This document shows positions 16,789 through 26,836 of a DNA stretch of 64,000 nt, piece by piece (positions within the stretch are counted from its first letter, which is position 1; each line of letters opens with the position of its first letter). The DNA is from a virus. The stretch lies in IMG/VR virus record IMGVR_UViG_3300032285_001177; one strand, given 5' to 3'. The position numbers and the translations under genes are program-made. The notes beneath the pieces were generated by a model. That model worked only from the letters and a program-made list of their open reading frames with translations, did not search any database and was not told the origin of the DNA.

Positions 16789-17670
16789 TTATACTCGAGT
16801 TTTCTCAGCCGTGTATGCAGACAGACACATATCTTTTAGTTGATATTGTGGATGCAACAGATTGAATTGGTTATCAATTGACAAAGATGCTGGATCCCCA
16901 GGTCTGCGGCCAGCCTTCCTAACCTTAAAGTTTACGCCTGTTACTTCGTGCATTGTTTCGACGACTTCTTTGACTGAATAGCCTTTGCCCGACCCAATAC
17001 ACTCATATGGCGTGTTAAACGGACCATGCTTAATCGTATCGCGAATAGCATTAACAAGATCCACAACGTGAATATAATCTCTAACACAAGTACCATCAGG
17101 TGTATCATAATCATCTCCATAAATTGCCATAAAATCTCTTGTCCCAACTGCCGCTTCAGCTGCAATACGTATTAGATGGGATGATCTACCTACTTGTCTA
17201 TGCATACCATCAGATCCTGCCACATTAAAGAACCTAAATATGGTGTACTTCTTTGATTGTTCTTTGATCACATCTTCTGCAGCTAGCTTAGATCTTGCAT
17301 ACGGTGACTGCGCATCAAATGCTCCAGCTGTAGATGCAAATATAAAATGTGGTTCACCATTAAAACCTTGTCGTAGCATATTAACCGTACCACCAAGGTT
17401 TGTTGCATAGTATTTAGTAGGGCGCACGACGCTTTCTTCTACTTGGATTAATCCTGCAAGGTGAACGATGACATCATAGTCTTCGTCGATGACATGTCGT
17501 GTTACGTCTTTGATAAGGATACGATGACAATATCTCTTGACATCATTATGCTTCTTCCACTCAAGATCAAGACCTGTGATGTTATGACCAGCTTCGAACA
17601 ATACCTTTGCTAGGTGAGAGCCAATATAACCAGTAACCCCGGTAATCAATACTTTCAACATTTTCTCCAT
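16789..17670 (-). CDS. galE: UDP-glucose 4-epimerase-like NAD-dependent epimerase
   Basis: ITGVTGYIGSH, YARSK, FRFFNVAG, DGTCVRDYIHVVDL. Confidence 0.88.
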   Translation of the reverse strand: MEKMLKVLITGVTGYIGSHLAKVLFEAGHNITGLDLEWKKHNDVKRYCHRILIKDVTRHVIDEDYDVIVHLAGLIQVEESVVRPTKYYATNLGGTVNMLRQGFNGEPHFIFASTAGAFDAQSPYARSKLAAEDVIKEQSKKYTIFRFFNVAGSDGMHRQVGRSSHLIRIAAEAAVGTRDFMAIYGDDYDTPDGTCVRDYIHVVDLVNAIRDTIKHGPFNTPYECIGSGKGYSVKEVVETMHEVTGVNFKVRKAGRRPGDPASLSIDNQFNLLHPQYQLKDMCLSAYTAEKTRV

Positions 17671-18662
17671 TGAGTAAACTTAAGCTTTGCTTCCATACCT
17701 TGGAAGGTATTTGTATTTATAGTATCCATGATTGATTCTATAGATTTACCGTGTAATACCATCTCATTGATATCCTTCTGTTGGATGGTATCTGGCCACA
17801 AACATACAGCATAGTCTTCATCGATTAACTTCTCAATAAACTTACAGATCTCTTTGGATCTTGGTTCATTATCCATGATAAGCGTTGCATTATCTTTGAT
17901 AGCTTGTACAAACTTAGTATCAAACCCTGCACCAGCAACAGCGATAGCATTAGGTATAAACATAGAATCGATTGGACCTTCTGTTACATAGATCCGTTTA
18001 GTATGATCCATACGATCAATACCATAGATCTTTTCTTGGGTCTCATCTAACTTGATAGTGATATACTTTGGTTGTTCATTACCAAACGCTCTACCTTGCA
18101 ATGCGATACACTTACCATCTTCGTCATAGAACGGGATGATTAACCGTGGTGCATCATACTTGGTATCGGGAAACGTGTACTTAAGGTTATTAACAAAGTC
18201 TTTAAACTTAGGTGCATAATACAGATCTTCCCATCTTTCTTGTGGGATCTTACGAGATATGACGTATTGTAAAGCTTCTTGGTTTAATTGTAAAGGTTGT
18301 GCACCAGCTTTGACAAGATCTACACTGACCGGGTTTGTAATCAATGGTACAGCTTGTTCGATCTTAGCATGAGGCATATGCTTAGAAGTATTCTCTTTGT
18401 ATCGTTCTAATACATACTCGCTATAAACTGTAGGATCAAGATGCTTTAATAGACCACCGATAGACTTTGATACACCACAGTTATGGCACTTATACACCAA
18501 CCTGTCTTGGTTCTTATAAACAAAGCCTCGAGCCTTTAACTCGTTCTTTTTGGAATCACCACATATGGGACAACTGAAGTTCCAATAGTAGTCGTTCTTC
18601 TTTTTAAAGTTACGGAGTTTGTAGGAGATTTGACCTACGAATTTAGCATCAATATACAACAT
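17655..18662 (-). CDS. gp61: DNA primase (T4 gp61)
   Basis: CPICGDS...CHNC zinc finger; TOPRIM EGPIDSMF, DNEPR, KDINEM. Confidence 0.95.
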   Translation of the reverse strand: MLYIDAKFVGQISYKLRNFKKKNDYYWNFSCPICGDSKKNELKARGFVYKNQDRLVYKCHNCGVSKSIGGLLKHLDPTVYSEYVLERYKENTSKHMPHAKIEQAVPLITNPVSVDLVKAGAQPLQLNQEALQYVISRKIPQERWEDLYYAPKFKDFVNNLKYTFPDTKYDAPRLIIPFYDEDGKCIALQGRAFGNEQPKYITIKLDETQEKIYGIDRMDHTKRIYVTEGPIDSMFIPNAIAVAGAGFDTKFVQAIKDNATLIMDNEPRSKEICKFIEKLIDEDYAVCLWPDTIQQKDINEMVLHGKSIESIMDTINTNTFQGMEAKLKFTQWRKC

Positions 18663-18668
18663 AATATA

Positions 18669-18697
18669 ATTATACCCTGGTTAGCTATTAAAGTACA
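18669..18697 (-). promoter_or_regulatory. Early-type promoter of primase
   Basis: TGTACT-N17-TATAAT. Confidence 0.7.
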
Positions 18698-18698
18698 T

Positions 18699-19262
18699 TT
18701 ATTCTTTGATATAATCCTTAAATATCTCATGTACTTGATCCATTTGGATATTTTTACCATTCCTATGTACTATAACATGGCTTAGACACCAGCGCCCTTC
18801 ATCTGATTGGTTATCAACAGAATGTGGTATTCCAGCATTGATAAAGGTTGATTTTTTTACTTGAAACCTAAACTCTTCAGTTACCATTTGTTCCGTGTAT
18901 AATAAGTACTTTGTGCCTATGGGTGTAGTAAACTTGTTCTTTTGTTCAGGATTCTTAGGCTTCCACCAAACCATATCTCCTGTCCCACCCCAAATCCAGT
19001 TTAGTTTTGCCATGTTACTAAAAACTTCGTTATCAACATGGATAGGCAACTTCTGATGAGCTGGAGTATAGAACATCTCTTGATGGGATATCAAACATCC
19101 ATGGCTCTCAATGAGCTGGATTAAGTTCTTATCAAGATCATGCCTACTATAAGGAAAGATATAGTATTGCTTAGGATGTTTCCATCCTTCAGCGATCTTA
19201 TATGCTGGAGCTAGGTTTATCTCAAACGGTAACTCAAGTTCTGTGACAAAATTATTCTTCAT
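18699..19262 (-). CDS. Hypothetical protein, possible cupin/2OG-oxygenase fold
   Basis: IHVD...PHSV..R motif. Confidence 0.55.
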   Translation of the reverse strand: MKNNFVTELELPFEINLAPAYKIAEGWKHPKQYYIFPYSRHDLDKNLIQLIESHGCLISHQEMFYTPAHQKLPIHVDNEVFSNMAKLNWIWGGTGDMVWWKPKNPEQKNKFTTPIGTKYLLYTEQMVTEEFRFQVKKSTFINAGIPHSVDNQSDEGRWCLSHVIVHRNGKNIQMDQVHEIFKDYIKE

Positions 19263-19527
19263 TCTCTAACACAGCAACGATGAACTCTTCTAATAGGACA
19301 ACACGTTGGTTGCCATCCACTGTTGCAACTTGTGCCTTAGACCAATCTAATAATACTTTGTCGCCAACCTGTACAGATGTTACTTCAGGACCAATAGCCA
19401 ATACTGTACCAGTCTTTGATTCACCATGACGATCAGATCCTTCGATCACGATACCTGATGCTGTAGTGTTCTCACGTTTGTTTTCTGCTACTAATACCTT
19501 CTTACCTAATACTCGTACTGTTGACAT
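19252..19527 (-). CDS. groES: Co-chaperonin GroES-like
   Basis: TTASGIVI...GTVLAIGPEV..VQVGDKVL. Confidence 0.9.
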   Translation of the reverse strand: MSTVRVLGKKVLVAENKRENTTASGIVIEGSDRHGESKTGTVLAIGPEVTSVQVGDKVLLDWSKAQVATVDGNQRVVLLEEFIVAVLENEE

Positions 19528-19529
19528 AA

Positions 19530-19763
19530 CTATCCTTTAAATAACCAGATATAACTGGCAAAAATGTTTAAGAAAAAGAAGTATACATTTTGAATTAACA
19601 ATGGTTTATTCGGGTGTACCTTATAGAAGTGGTGGATCAATACCCCATGGGATATGACAAATCCTGGGAATGCATAAGCCATCCATGGCATCTTGAGTGC
19701 TACTGAGGTACCGGAGACGATGAAAAGAGTAGTGGATAACCACTTAATATCAAATGACTTCAT
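19530..19763 (-). CDS. Small membrane protein
   Basis: 77 aa, hydrophobic; promoter TTTACA-N17-TATAAT at 19769-19797. Confidence 0.6.
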   Translation of the reverse strand: MKSFDIKWLSTTLFIVSGTSVALKMPWMAYAFPGFVISHGVLIHHFYKVHPNKPLLIQNVYFFFLNIFASYIWLFKG

Positions 19764-19798
19764 AATGTATTATACCTTAAAGGCGGATTAATGTAAAA

Positions 19799-20515
19799 TT
19801 ATAAACTTAGCGATTGGTCTTGTGCAGATTTGGTATACTCAGACATCTTGTCTAGGTAACCTTGATTACGTAGTTCTTTGAATACGAGGTTTTCGAAAGA
19901 GAACTCACCGCCTTTTTTAATGGCAGCACCTCTCATCTCTCTAAACTTCTCTTTGAGGTTCTTGAATGCCTCTGTGTCAGACTTATTCTTGATCATATCA
20001 TCGATTAGATGCATATAGAACTTAACCTTCTTTTTAAGGTATGGGTTCTTAAGCATATCATCACCAACAAACTCAGGTTTGGCTACCCACTCATTCTTAG
20101 TTAATGAGTATACACCTTGATCTTTAGGATACTCGACAGACTCATCTTGTGCATAAGGTTCAAGACCATAACCTAAGATGTTTATCTTGTGGGCCATAGT
20201 CCACATGACTTTCTTATCTTGTAGGTAGTCGTCTAGTAACGGATTATTTGGAGCAATCTTGGACTTATCAACAACCAAATGAACATCAATATCAGATAGA
20301 TCAGTATAGTTGTAGTTAGCGTTACCTCCGAGCATGATAACTTCTTTAACTGCACTTTTAGGGATCTTAGCAAAATCTCTCCATGCTTCCGCAAACTGTA
20401 ATAGCTTTGCTCTTACTTCTGGTTTCAATACGAAGTCATCCCATAATTTAGGATTGAGCTCCTTATGATATTGAAGTTGAAGCTTTAGTTCTGTAATGTA
20501 TTGCGCATATTTCAT
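19799..20515 (-). CDS. Pol-beta-superfamily nucleotidyltransferase-like protein with capsid-targeting-like N-terminus
   Basis: GGNANYNYTDLSDIDVH (G[GS]..DxD); starts MKYAQYITE. Confidence 0.7.
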   Translation of the reverse strand: MKYAQYITELKLQLQYHKELNPKLWDDFVLKPEVRAKLLQFAEAWRDFAKIPKSAVKEVIMLGGNANYNYTDLSDIDVHLVVDKSKIAPNNPLLDDYLQDKKVMWTMAHKINILGYGLEPYAQDESVEYPKDQGVYSLTKNEWVAKPEFVGDDMLKNPYLKKKVKFYMHLIDDMIKNKSDTEAFKNLKEKFREMRGAAIKKGGEFSFENLVFKELRNQGYLDKMSEYTKSAQDQSLSL

Positions 20516-20901
20516 TTTAGGAACTTATTCACGAACCACATTGCAGCAATACCACCACCGATGATTACCCATCTCCACATCTCTAGCACTTTAAGACGGT
20601 CATCATAGACTTGAAGTTTTTCGTCTATTGCTTTTTGGATCTTGTCATGACCAATTGAAGAGTTCTTCATTGACTCATCGATCTTGTCGCTAAGAGTCTT
20701 AGTTGCAGAATCTAGTTTACCATATAGATGACGAATGTCATCTTGGTTCCTATCTGTATCCTTCTCTATAGTGTTCATGCGTTGTTCCTGTACTGCAAGT
20801 AGCTTACTAATGTTAGCTGATACCTCGGTTAACTTATCGATCGAGTCATCTAACTTAAGGACTATGCGCTCTAATTGTTCTACTTCGTTACTAGTTGCCA
20901 T
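20512..20901 (-). CDS. Coiled-coil protein with C-terminal TM (possible holin-like)
   Basis: Heptad repeats then WRWVIIGGGIAAMWF; adjacent to the spanin-like gene. Confidence 0.55.
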   Translation of the reverse strand: MATSNEVEQLERIVLKLDDSIDKLTEVSANISKLLAVQEQRMNTIEKDTDRNQDDIRHLYGKLDSATKTLSDKIDESMKNSSIGHDKIQKAIDEKLQVYDDRLKVLEMWRWVIIGGGIAAMWFVNKFLK

Positions 20902-21496
20902 TATAGATCTTTTCCTGTTGTGCAACCCAGTCTTGTAGAGCTTTCAACCTCTCACTTAACTGGTGGTAGTTGTTGTAGTTGATCGTTACTGTTTCTCCAA
21001 CGGCAGAGAGTTTAATGGAACTGGCGGTTCCATCAATTCCGGCGGTGGAGTCGGGAACTTCATTTTTTGCGGCAGAATCGTGGAGCACGACAAAAGATTT
21101 AGGGATAACGCAGTTAGCGTCAGCATCCTTATTGACATACTCAGTAACTTTCTTAATGATAACATCGCCCTTCTCCTTAACTACCTTTGTTTGTGTAATA
21201 TATTTTGTAACAATTTGTTTTGAATGTTTTTCAGATAATGCAACCTTACGGTCCATATCTTCTTTGAGTTTAGCTGCTTCAGCTCTCCACTTCATTTCAG
21301 TACCGTATCCGCCATATAGGTAAACACTACCTATGAGTAGCAAACTACCAAGTGTTCTGGCTATCATACCCCAACCTTTAACGAAAGGAAGGAACACCGT
21401 GAATGTACCAAAAACGAATAATGCTGCACCAATACCCATTACAGATAGGATAAAACCATATAGCACACTGTCTGGGATAATACTCAATAACCACAT
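20891..21496 (-). CDS. Rz/i-spanin-like membrane protein
   Basis: N-terminal TMs, helical region, CVIPKSFVVLHDSAA and LKALQDW motifs. Confidence 0.6.
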   Translation of the reverse strand: MWLLSIIPDSVLYGFILSVMGIGAALFVFGTFTVFLPFVKGWGMIARTLGSLLLIGSVYLYGGYGTEMKWRAEAAKLKEDMDRKVALSEKHSKQIVTKYITQTKVVKEKGDVIIKKVTEYVNKDADANCVIPKSFVVLHDSAAKNEVPDSTAGIDGTASSIKLSAVGETVTINYNNYHQLSERLKALQDWVAQQEKIYNGN

Positions 21497-21497
21497 A

Positions 21498-22055
21498 TTA
21501 AAATACCTTGTTGTTACGGCGAGCCATACTTACTGCGCCTGTGTTTGTCTTCTTATACTTATCTATGTCTTTCTTCTTTAATACTGGTGTTGTTGCTGCA
21601 TCTGTAGATGTCATGACTCCAGTTGAATTTGCTGGAGCGCTACCTGCGCCCTCACCATCTTCTTCTAGACTCTTGATATACTTCTCAACCAATATAGTTT
21701 CTTCTGCTAAGATAGCATCATTTTCCATTAGCTTATGGAACTTCTGCTCCATCATAGAGACGGAGCGTTCGTTCTTTTCGTAATACTCACGGATTAGGAA
21801 ATACGCAGACACTAGACTCTTCAACTTACTTTCCCCTCCAGGCAGTTTGTTGATTATCTTCTTCATGTTAAAGACTAATCGATGTAGGAACGTGTAAGCA
21901 CTCTTCTGTTCAACAGTCGTGAACATAGAAGGCTTTATGAGGTTTTTTCCCTTTTTATCGATAATACCAAGTTTAAAGGCATCAGTCTCGCTGAATGGTT
22001 TAACCAACATAGAGAGGACTCTAAGTGCTATTAAGTTGTCTATTACTTGCGCCAT
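21498..22055 (-). CDS. Conserved hypothetical T4-like protein
   Basis: AFKLGIIDKKGK...YTFLHRLVFNMKK. Confidence 0.7.
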   Translation of the reverse strand: MAQVIDNLIALRVLSMLVKPFSETDAFKLGIIDKKGKNLIKPSMFTTVEQKSAYTFLHRLVFNMKKIINKLPGGESKLKSLVSAYFLIREYYEKNERSVSMMEQKFHKLMENDAILAEETILVEKYIKSLEEDGEGAGSAPANSTGVMTSTDAATTPVLKKKDIDKYKKTNTGAVSMARRNNKVF

Positions 22056-22432
22056 CAGATCTTCCTAAGTGTTTGTATTATATAATCGTCTAACTCAACT
22101 TCAGATAGCTTTAGGTTATACTGAGTTAACTCTTCTGGCATCCTGTTAAGGAATACCAAGAATGTAATGAGTGTATCCCAATACTCTTCCTCTATCTTAA
22201 AGAATAACATATTCGTGGCATGATCGCCAAATAAGTTATATAGTACTATCAAGTGGTTTAAGATGAGGTTCTCTTTCAGATCGCACTCGCTCTTATACCT
22301 ATTAAATAGTTTCTTTAAATATAGAAACCTTTTGAGGTCATCATTAAACTCCTCCAACGAATAGCATTGGGTATTGTCGTAATGATGCATCGCATAGGTT
22401 ATAAAATTATCTTCGGTCAACATTTGATTCAT
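22055..22432 (-). CDS. Conserved hypothetical T4-like protein
   Basis: EEFNDDLKRFLYLKKL...LILNHLIVLYNLFG. Confidence 0.7.
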   Translation of the reverse strand: MNQMLTEDNFITYAMHHYDNTQCYSLEEFNDDLKRFLYLKKLFNRYKSECDLKENLILNHLIVLYNLFGDHATNMLFFKIEEEYWDTLITFLVFLNRMPEELTQYNLKLSEVELDDYIIQTLRKI

Positions 22433-22435
22433 ATT

Positions 22436-22460
22436 AAAAGGAGGGGAGTTACCTCCCCCA
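22436..22460 (-). terminator. Probable intrinsic terminator
   Basis: GGGGAG/CTCCCC stem followed by a short T-run on the minus strand, just after the structural gene. Confidence 0.55.
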
Positions 22461-22466
22461 CTTAGA

Positions 22467-23369
22467 TTAAGTTACTGTTAATGTTACTGCGTTAGATGTA
22501 GCGTTTGTATTAGCTGTATCAGTACCACAGATTACACGGTATTTCTTACCATTTAATCCTGTTGAGTTGCTAACTATTAATGTATCAGTAGAAACTCCTG
22601 AGTATACACCAGCATTACTGAGGTTAGACCATGTAGATCCACCGTTTGAACTGATTTGCCATTGGTATGTCAATGAACCGTATGCACCAGTAGCAACTGA
22701 AGTAACTGGGAAGTTTGTACCACCAGGAGCAACTGTAGTTCTGTTTGGTGGTTGAACTGTAATAGTTGTAGTAGCATCAACAACGTTTGTATCATCGTAT
22801 GTGTTATCACCAGTTTGAGCTTGGTATGTACCAGAACCAGTTGCGCCAGCGTATGCACCCATAGCGATTAAGATCTCTGATTTATGTCTAACATTACCAT
22901 TAGCATCAGTGTATGAACGATAACTTGTCCAACCTGGTGTTTTAATACCGCGAGCAATGTTTTCGCCTTGTTGAGCTTCATCAGCATCAACGAAGTATAA
23001 ATCACGGCCGTTGTAATTATGATCATAGCCTTCGTTACCTTCAACGTTACGTTGTAAGTAGCCATAAGCACCAGATGCGCCAGCTGTTAGATTGATACCT
23101 GTAGCGCCAGCTTTTGCACCAGCTTCTGTAGTAGCAAGCTTGATCGTGTTGTCTGTTTGTCTCATCGCATAGTATGTTGAACCTTGTGTTAAACCAATGC
23201 CACTAGCACCAGTATAAACAACGCCATCACCTGTCGCGAAGTTTGTATTTGCATTCGTTAGATCGATAGTATCTGCACTTGAACTTACTTTATCAAGCGT
23301 AAATGCTGCCTTTCTAGTAATATACTTTGGAGCCGAAGCTAAAGTATCTGTTTTTCCCCATAAAGCCAT
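22467..23369 (-). CDS. Virion structural protein with C-terminal Ig-like domain
   Basis: MALWGKTD start; LTYQWQ...YRVIC..SNAVTLTV Ig-like domain; strong AAGGAG RBS. Confidence 0.7.
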   Translation of the reverse strand: MALWGKTDTLASAPKYITRKAAFTLDKVSSSADTIDLTNANTNFATGDGVVYTGASGIGLTQGSTYYAMRQTDNTIKLATTEAGAKAGATGINLTAGASGAYGYLQRNVEGNEGYDHNYNGRDLYFVDADEAQQGENIARGIKTPGWTSYRSYTDANGNVRHKSEILIAMGAYAGATGSGTYQAQTGDNTYDDTNVVDATTTITVQPPNRTTVAPGGTNFPVTSVATGAYGSLTYQWQISSNGGSTWSNLSNAGVYSGVSTDTLIVSNSTGLNGKKYRVICGTDTANTNATSNAVTLTVT

Positions 23370-23397
23370 TTTAATTACTCCTTAAATTTATATTTAT

Positions 23398-24390
23398 TTA
23401 TTTTGGCAAGTGAAGTTGATATTCTCTGTCATCAACATCTTTGTCAACTGACTTAGAACCTCTAGCTTTGTACTTACCTACTTTACCAGCCGGTCTGCCA
23501 CGGCCTCGTTTTTCTTGAGTCTCATTATCTGGTTTCTTCTCATCACCTTCATCATCTTTTTGATTCGCACCACCATATGAAGTACCTTTATTTACTGTAA
23601 TATGTGGATGGCTTGTATCAGGTTTATAGCTCTTAGAGTAAGCAGATGTGTTATCTTTTCTTAATCTTTGAGCATCTCTTAAGTCATCGATCTTACCTTC
23701 ATCCATAACTTTAAGCGTTCCTTTAAGGTATGGTGACATCTCAGCTGAAACTTCTTCACCTATAGATCCTGCAGGTTTGCCTTTAGCTTTCTCTTTATCT
23801 TTAGGCATATATGTTGTACCTTTTGGAGCTGAATCGCCAGTTTTCACACCAGATGCTGGGAATGATTTTTCAACTTCGTGTTTATAAGTACCTTCGCCTA
23901 ATTGTGCTAACTTTTCTTCGATACGTTCTACTTCTTCTTTAGATAATGATTGCATACCGCGTTGAGCTAAAGATTTTGCGCGATCCATTTCATGGCCAGG
24001 TTGTACTGGTTTCTTGAAGTTTGTAGGATCATAGTGCGACTTAGGGTTACCATATTTTTTATGGAACTCATCATGTGCCATGTCTTTAATGTCCATTGAA
24101 AGCTCTTTCATCTTACCTTCATCGAGCTCTTCAACTTCTTCTTTACGAAGCATCTTAAAGTCTTGCGCATCAAGTTTACCGTTATGGTTCTTGTCTAGTT
24201 TCTTTTGGTTACCGATGAGTTCTTCCTTCTTCATCTTACCATAATCGCACTCGTCAACCGGTTTCTTACCAGCTCTTAGCGCAGCTAGATCAGCAGCATC
24301 GATCTTATCTTTGTCGCCAGCAATAGCAGCGATCTTCTTTTGCTTTGCTGATAATGCTTGTTCTTTTAAGTAATCATTAAACTTTAACAT
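23398..24390 (-). CDS. Putative internal head protein
   Basis: MLKFNDYLKE N-terminus; highly charged; LDKNHNGKLDAQDF and RGRGRP motifs. Confidence 0.6.
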   Translation of the reverse strand: MLKFNDYLKEQALSAKQKKIAAIAGDKDKIDAADLAALRAGKKPVDECDYGKMKKEELIGNQKKLDKNHNGKLDAQDFKMLRKEEVEELDEGKMKELSMDIKDMAHDEFHKKYGNPKSHYDPTNFKKPVQPGHEMDRAKSLAQRGMQSLSKEEVERIEEKLAQLGEGTYKHEVEKSFPASGVKTGDSAPKGTTYMPKDKEKAKGKPAGSIGEEVSAEMSPYLKGTLKVMDEGKIDDLRDAQRLRKDNTSAYSKSYKPDTSHPHITVNKGTSYGGANQKDDEGDEKKPDNETQEKRGRGRPAGKVGKYKARGSKSVDKDVDDREYQLHLPK

Positions 24391-24402
24391 ATTAGGTTCC
24401 TT

Positions 24403-26835
24403 TTATTTTAAGTTCGTCCATTTTTCATCTTTAGGCATATCAGCAGTTGTTTGTGCTGGCTTTGCATCCATCTTTGAAGCTTTAAAGTTAACACGATGAG
24501 GTCTAACTTTACGTTGTTTATTTTCACCTGTAACCGGATCTACATACTGTTTAATTTTATATTCTGATGTGTATTGATCTTCAGTTATTTTCTTTTTCTC
24601 TTCAGGCTCTTTCTTAGGCTCTTGATTTTCAGGTGTTTTATTAAAAGCTTTCTGAGCGATCTCTCTGTTCTTAAGGAACGTTGCGATGACCTTATGACCT
24701 CTAGATTCTTTAACTGTAGTATGCAATGGTTTAGCTTTTACTGGATCTCCTGGAACTTCTTCTGCCATTGGAGTATTCTTCTTTGCTACTTGCTTATCAT
24801 ACCAAGCTTGACTCATCTTCTTACCAGATTTTTCGGCTTGTTTTAATCTGTGTGAAGCCATAGTCTTTACGAATGCTGCATGTTCTTTATCACCTTGAGA
24901 TGCTTCATTAACCGTCTTAGCACCGAACTTACCTTGTTCAAGACCACCTGGAGTATCATATCCAGGATGTTCTTTATTTAATTTATTCATAGCATTAACA
25001 GCTTTTTTATATGTATCATGTGTACTATGAACTTTATGGGTCTTAGTATCATATACTTGATGTGTTGCTTCGTCTACTTGTACTTCTTCTTTTTGTGTAG
25101 CAAGTTTCTTAGTAGCTTTATCGATACCAGCGATACGTTTGTTTGCTTTCTTAAAGTCTGCATAAGACTTCTTAGAATGTTTTTCCGCTGCAGCCCAATC
25201 ACCAGCTCTTGTGTAATGGTTTGCCCATTCACCAGATTCTTTACCTGAATATGTATGAGAACCAACATCTCTTGCGGCAGATGGGATATATCTTGCTAAT
25301 GTAGACTTAGAGATCTCATCGATTTGCTCTTCATGTAACTCTTTAAACTTAGCTCTTGCTTCTTTTTCATTGTCATATGAATGTAATAGTTTTGAACTAT
25401 GTAGATCTTTAACAGCAGGTGAGCTCTTCTTATTATGTAATACATGCCATTTATCAGATGACTTAGTTAAGATAACATGACCGCTTGTCTTATGAGGAGC
25501 ATCAGCTTTAACTTCATGCTTAGCGATTAATTCTAGATCTTCTTTTAACTTATCAACAGCTTTGTCATGACCTTTCTCACGCTTCCATGCTTGAGATTGA
25601 TACTTCTTAGCGATGCTACCCCATGTTTCTTTCTTTCTTGGGTTTCTAGCATGAGCTTCTTTACTCTTAAAGTCTGCTGCTACGTGTTGTTTGATACGTG
25701 CATCGTGTGATGCTTTCTTAGCGTATGAAGCTAATGTATCTTTTGACAACTCGTCGATCTGTTCTACTTCTTCGTGTAACTTATCATAAAGCTTCTTATG
25801 AATTTCATATGCAAGGTTTGAATGATGACGACCTAATATATCACCACCATAACCATTGTGTTTATCTCTATAAGCTTTAGCCTTAGCTACTTGGTTTTGA
25901 TCGCGTTTTGAACCAAAGTGTTTAGCAAGTAACTCTGCGTTTTCTGTATGACGATTATCAGATTCGTTTTTCTTATATTGTTTTCTGATTGCTTCTTTGT
26001 CAACGTCTTCAGCAATAGTTTCTTCTTTAGCTAATTTTTTAATTGCAGTAGCAATGCCTTTATTGCGGTTATTGTCTTTGCGTTCGTATTCTGAGGCAAA
26101 ATCATGAGCATCTTTGTCTCCACGACCTTGTTTAAATGCTCTATTTGAAGCATGTTGCACTGTTTGGTTATGTGCTTTAGTTGCATATGAACCTAATGTA
26201 CTCTTTGATAACTCATCGATCTGTTCTACTTCTTCTTTGTTTAATCTTTTCTTTTCAAGCTCAGCTTGTTCTTTACGTTTGTAAGCAGGCTCATCAGTAT
26301 TGAAACCAGTCCAGCTAGACTTCTTAGTCGGTTCTTTTGGATTATTTCGTAAGTACGTTGGCTTATCATAGTCTACACTTTCTGTCATGTGTGCATCACA
26401 TGATCTATGTGGGCACTTGTTAACATGACTAATAAAATTATGAGCATCTGAATGGTTCTTAAACTTAAATAGTACACCTTTGTCTGTAAGACCAGCATTT
26501 TCACCACCATGCTTCTTAACGCCGTGCATAACATGCTCAACGTCTTTCTCGTGTGGCTGTTCATCATACTTTGAACCGTCATTGACATGTACTAGATGAT
26601 CTTCGTTCATTTGAGTTTCAGCTGTGCTGTTTTGTGAAGCGGCAGCAGACTCATTAGCTTGTTCTTTTTGTTTAGAATAGTATGCAGCTAGAGCCATCTG
26701 TTTACGTTTAGCTGGAGATTTACCAGCAAACTTAGGATTATCTGAATCCACAAAATCTTTAATCCAAGTACCAGCAGGTGTGGACTTAGTTAACACTTCG
26801 TCTAGTTGTTGTACTATATCTTTATATGATTTCAT
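24403..26835 (-). CDS. Large repetitive putative internal head protein
   Basis: 810 aa, K/E/H-rich, with repeated EE(VE)QIDE[LI]SKxTLxxY units. Confidence 0.65.
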   Translation of the reverse strand: MKSYKDIVQQLDEVLTKSTPAGTWIKDFVDSDNPKFAGKSPAKRKQMALAAYYSKQKEQANESAAASQNSTAETQMNEDHLVHVNDGSKYDEQPHEKDVEHVMHGVKKHGGENAGLTDKGVLFKFKNHSDAHNFISHVNKCPHRSCDAHMTESVDYDKPTYLRNNPKEPTKKSSWTGFNTDEPAYKRKEQAELEKKRLNKEEVEQIDELSKSTLGSYATKAHNQTVQHASNRAFKQGRGDKDAHDFASEYERKDNNRNKGIATAIKKLAKEETIAEDVDKEAIRKQYKKNESDNRHTENAELLAKHFGSKRDQNQVAKAKAYRDKHNGYGGDILGRHHSNLAYEIHKKLYDKLHEEVEQIDELSKDTLASYAKKASHDARIKQHVAADFKSKEAHARNPRKKETWGSIAKKYQSQAWKREKGHDKAVDKLKEDLELIAKHEVKADAPHKTSGHVILTKSSDKWHVLHNKKSSPAVKDLHSSKLLHSYDNEKEARAKFKELHEEQIDEISKSTLARYIPSAARDVGSHTYSGKESGEWANHYTRAGDWAAAEKHSKKSYADFKKANKRIAGIDKATKKLATQKEEVQVDEATHQVYDTKTHKVHSTHDTYKKAVNAMNKLNKEHPGYDTPGGLEQGKFGAKTVNEASQGDKEHAAFVKTMASHRLKQAEKSGKKMSQAWYDKQVAKKNTPMAEEVPGDPVKAKPLHTTVKESRGHKVIATFLKNREIAQKAFNKTPENQEPKKEPEEKKKITEDQYTSEYKIKQYVDPVTGENKQRKVRPHRVNFKASKMDAKPAQTTADMPKDEKWTNLK

Positions 26836-26836
26836 C

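Noticed and set aside
25300-26240. Direct repeats of about 25 nt as a possible CRISPR array
   Set aside because: Only two or three degenerate copies, about 450 nt apart and in frame within a protein; they encode the EEVEQIDE peptide repeat.
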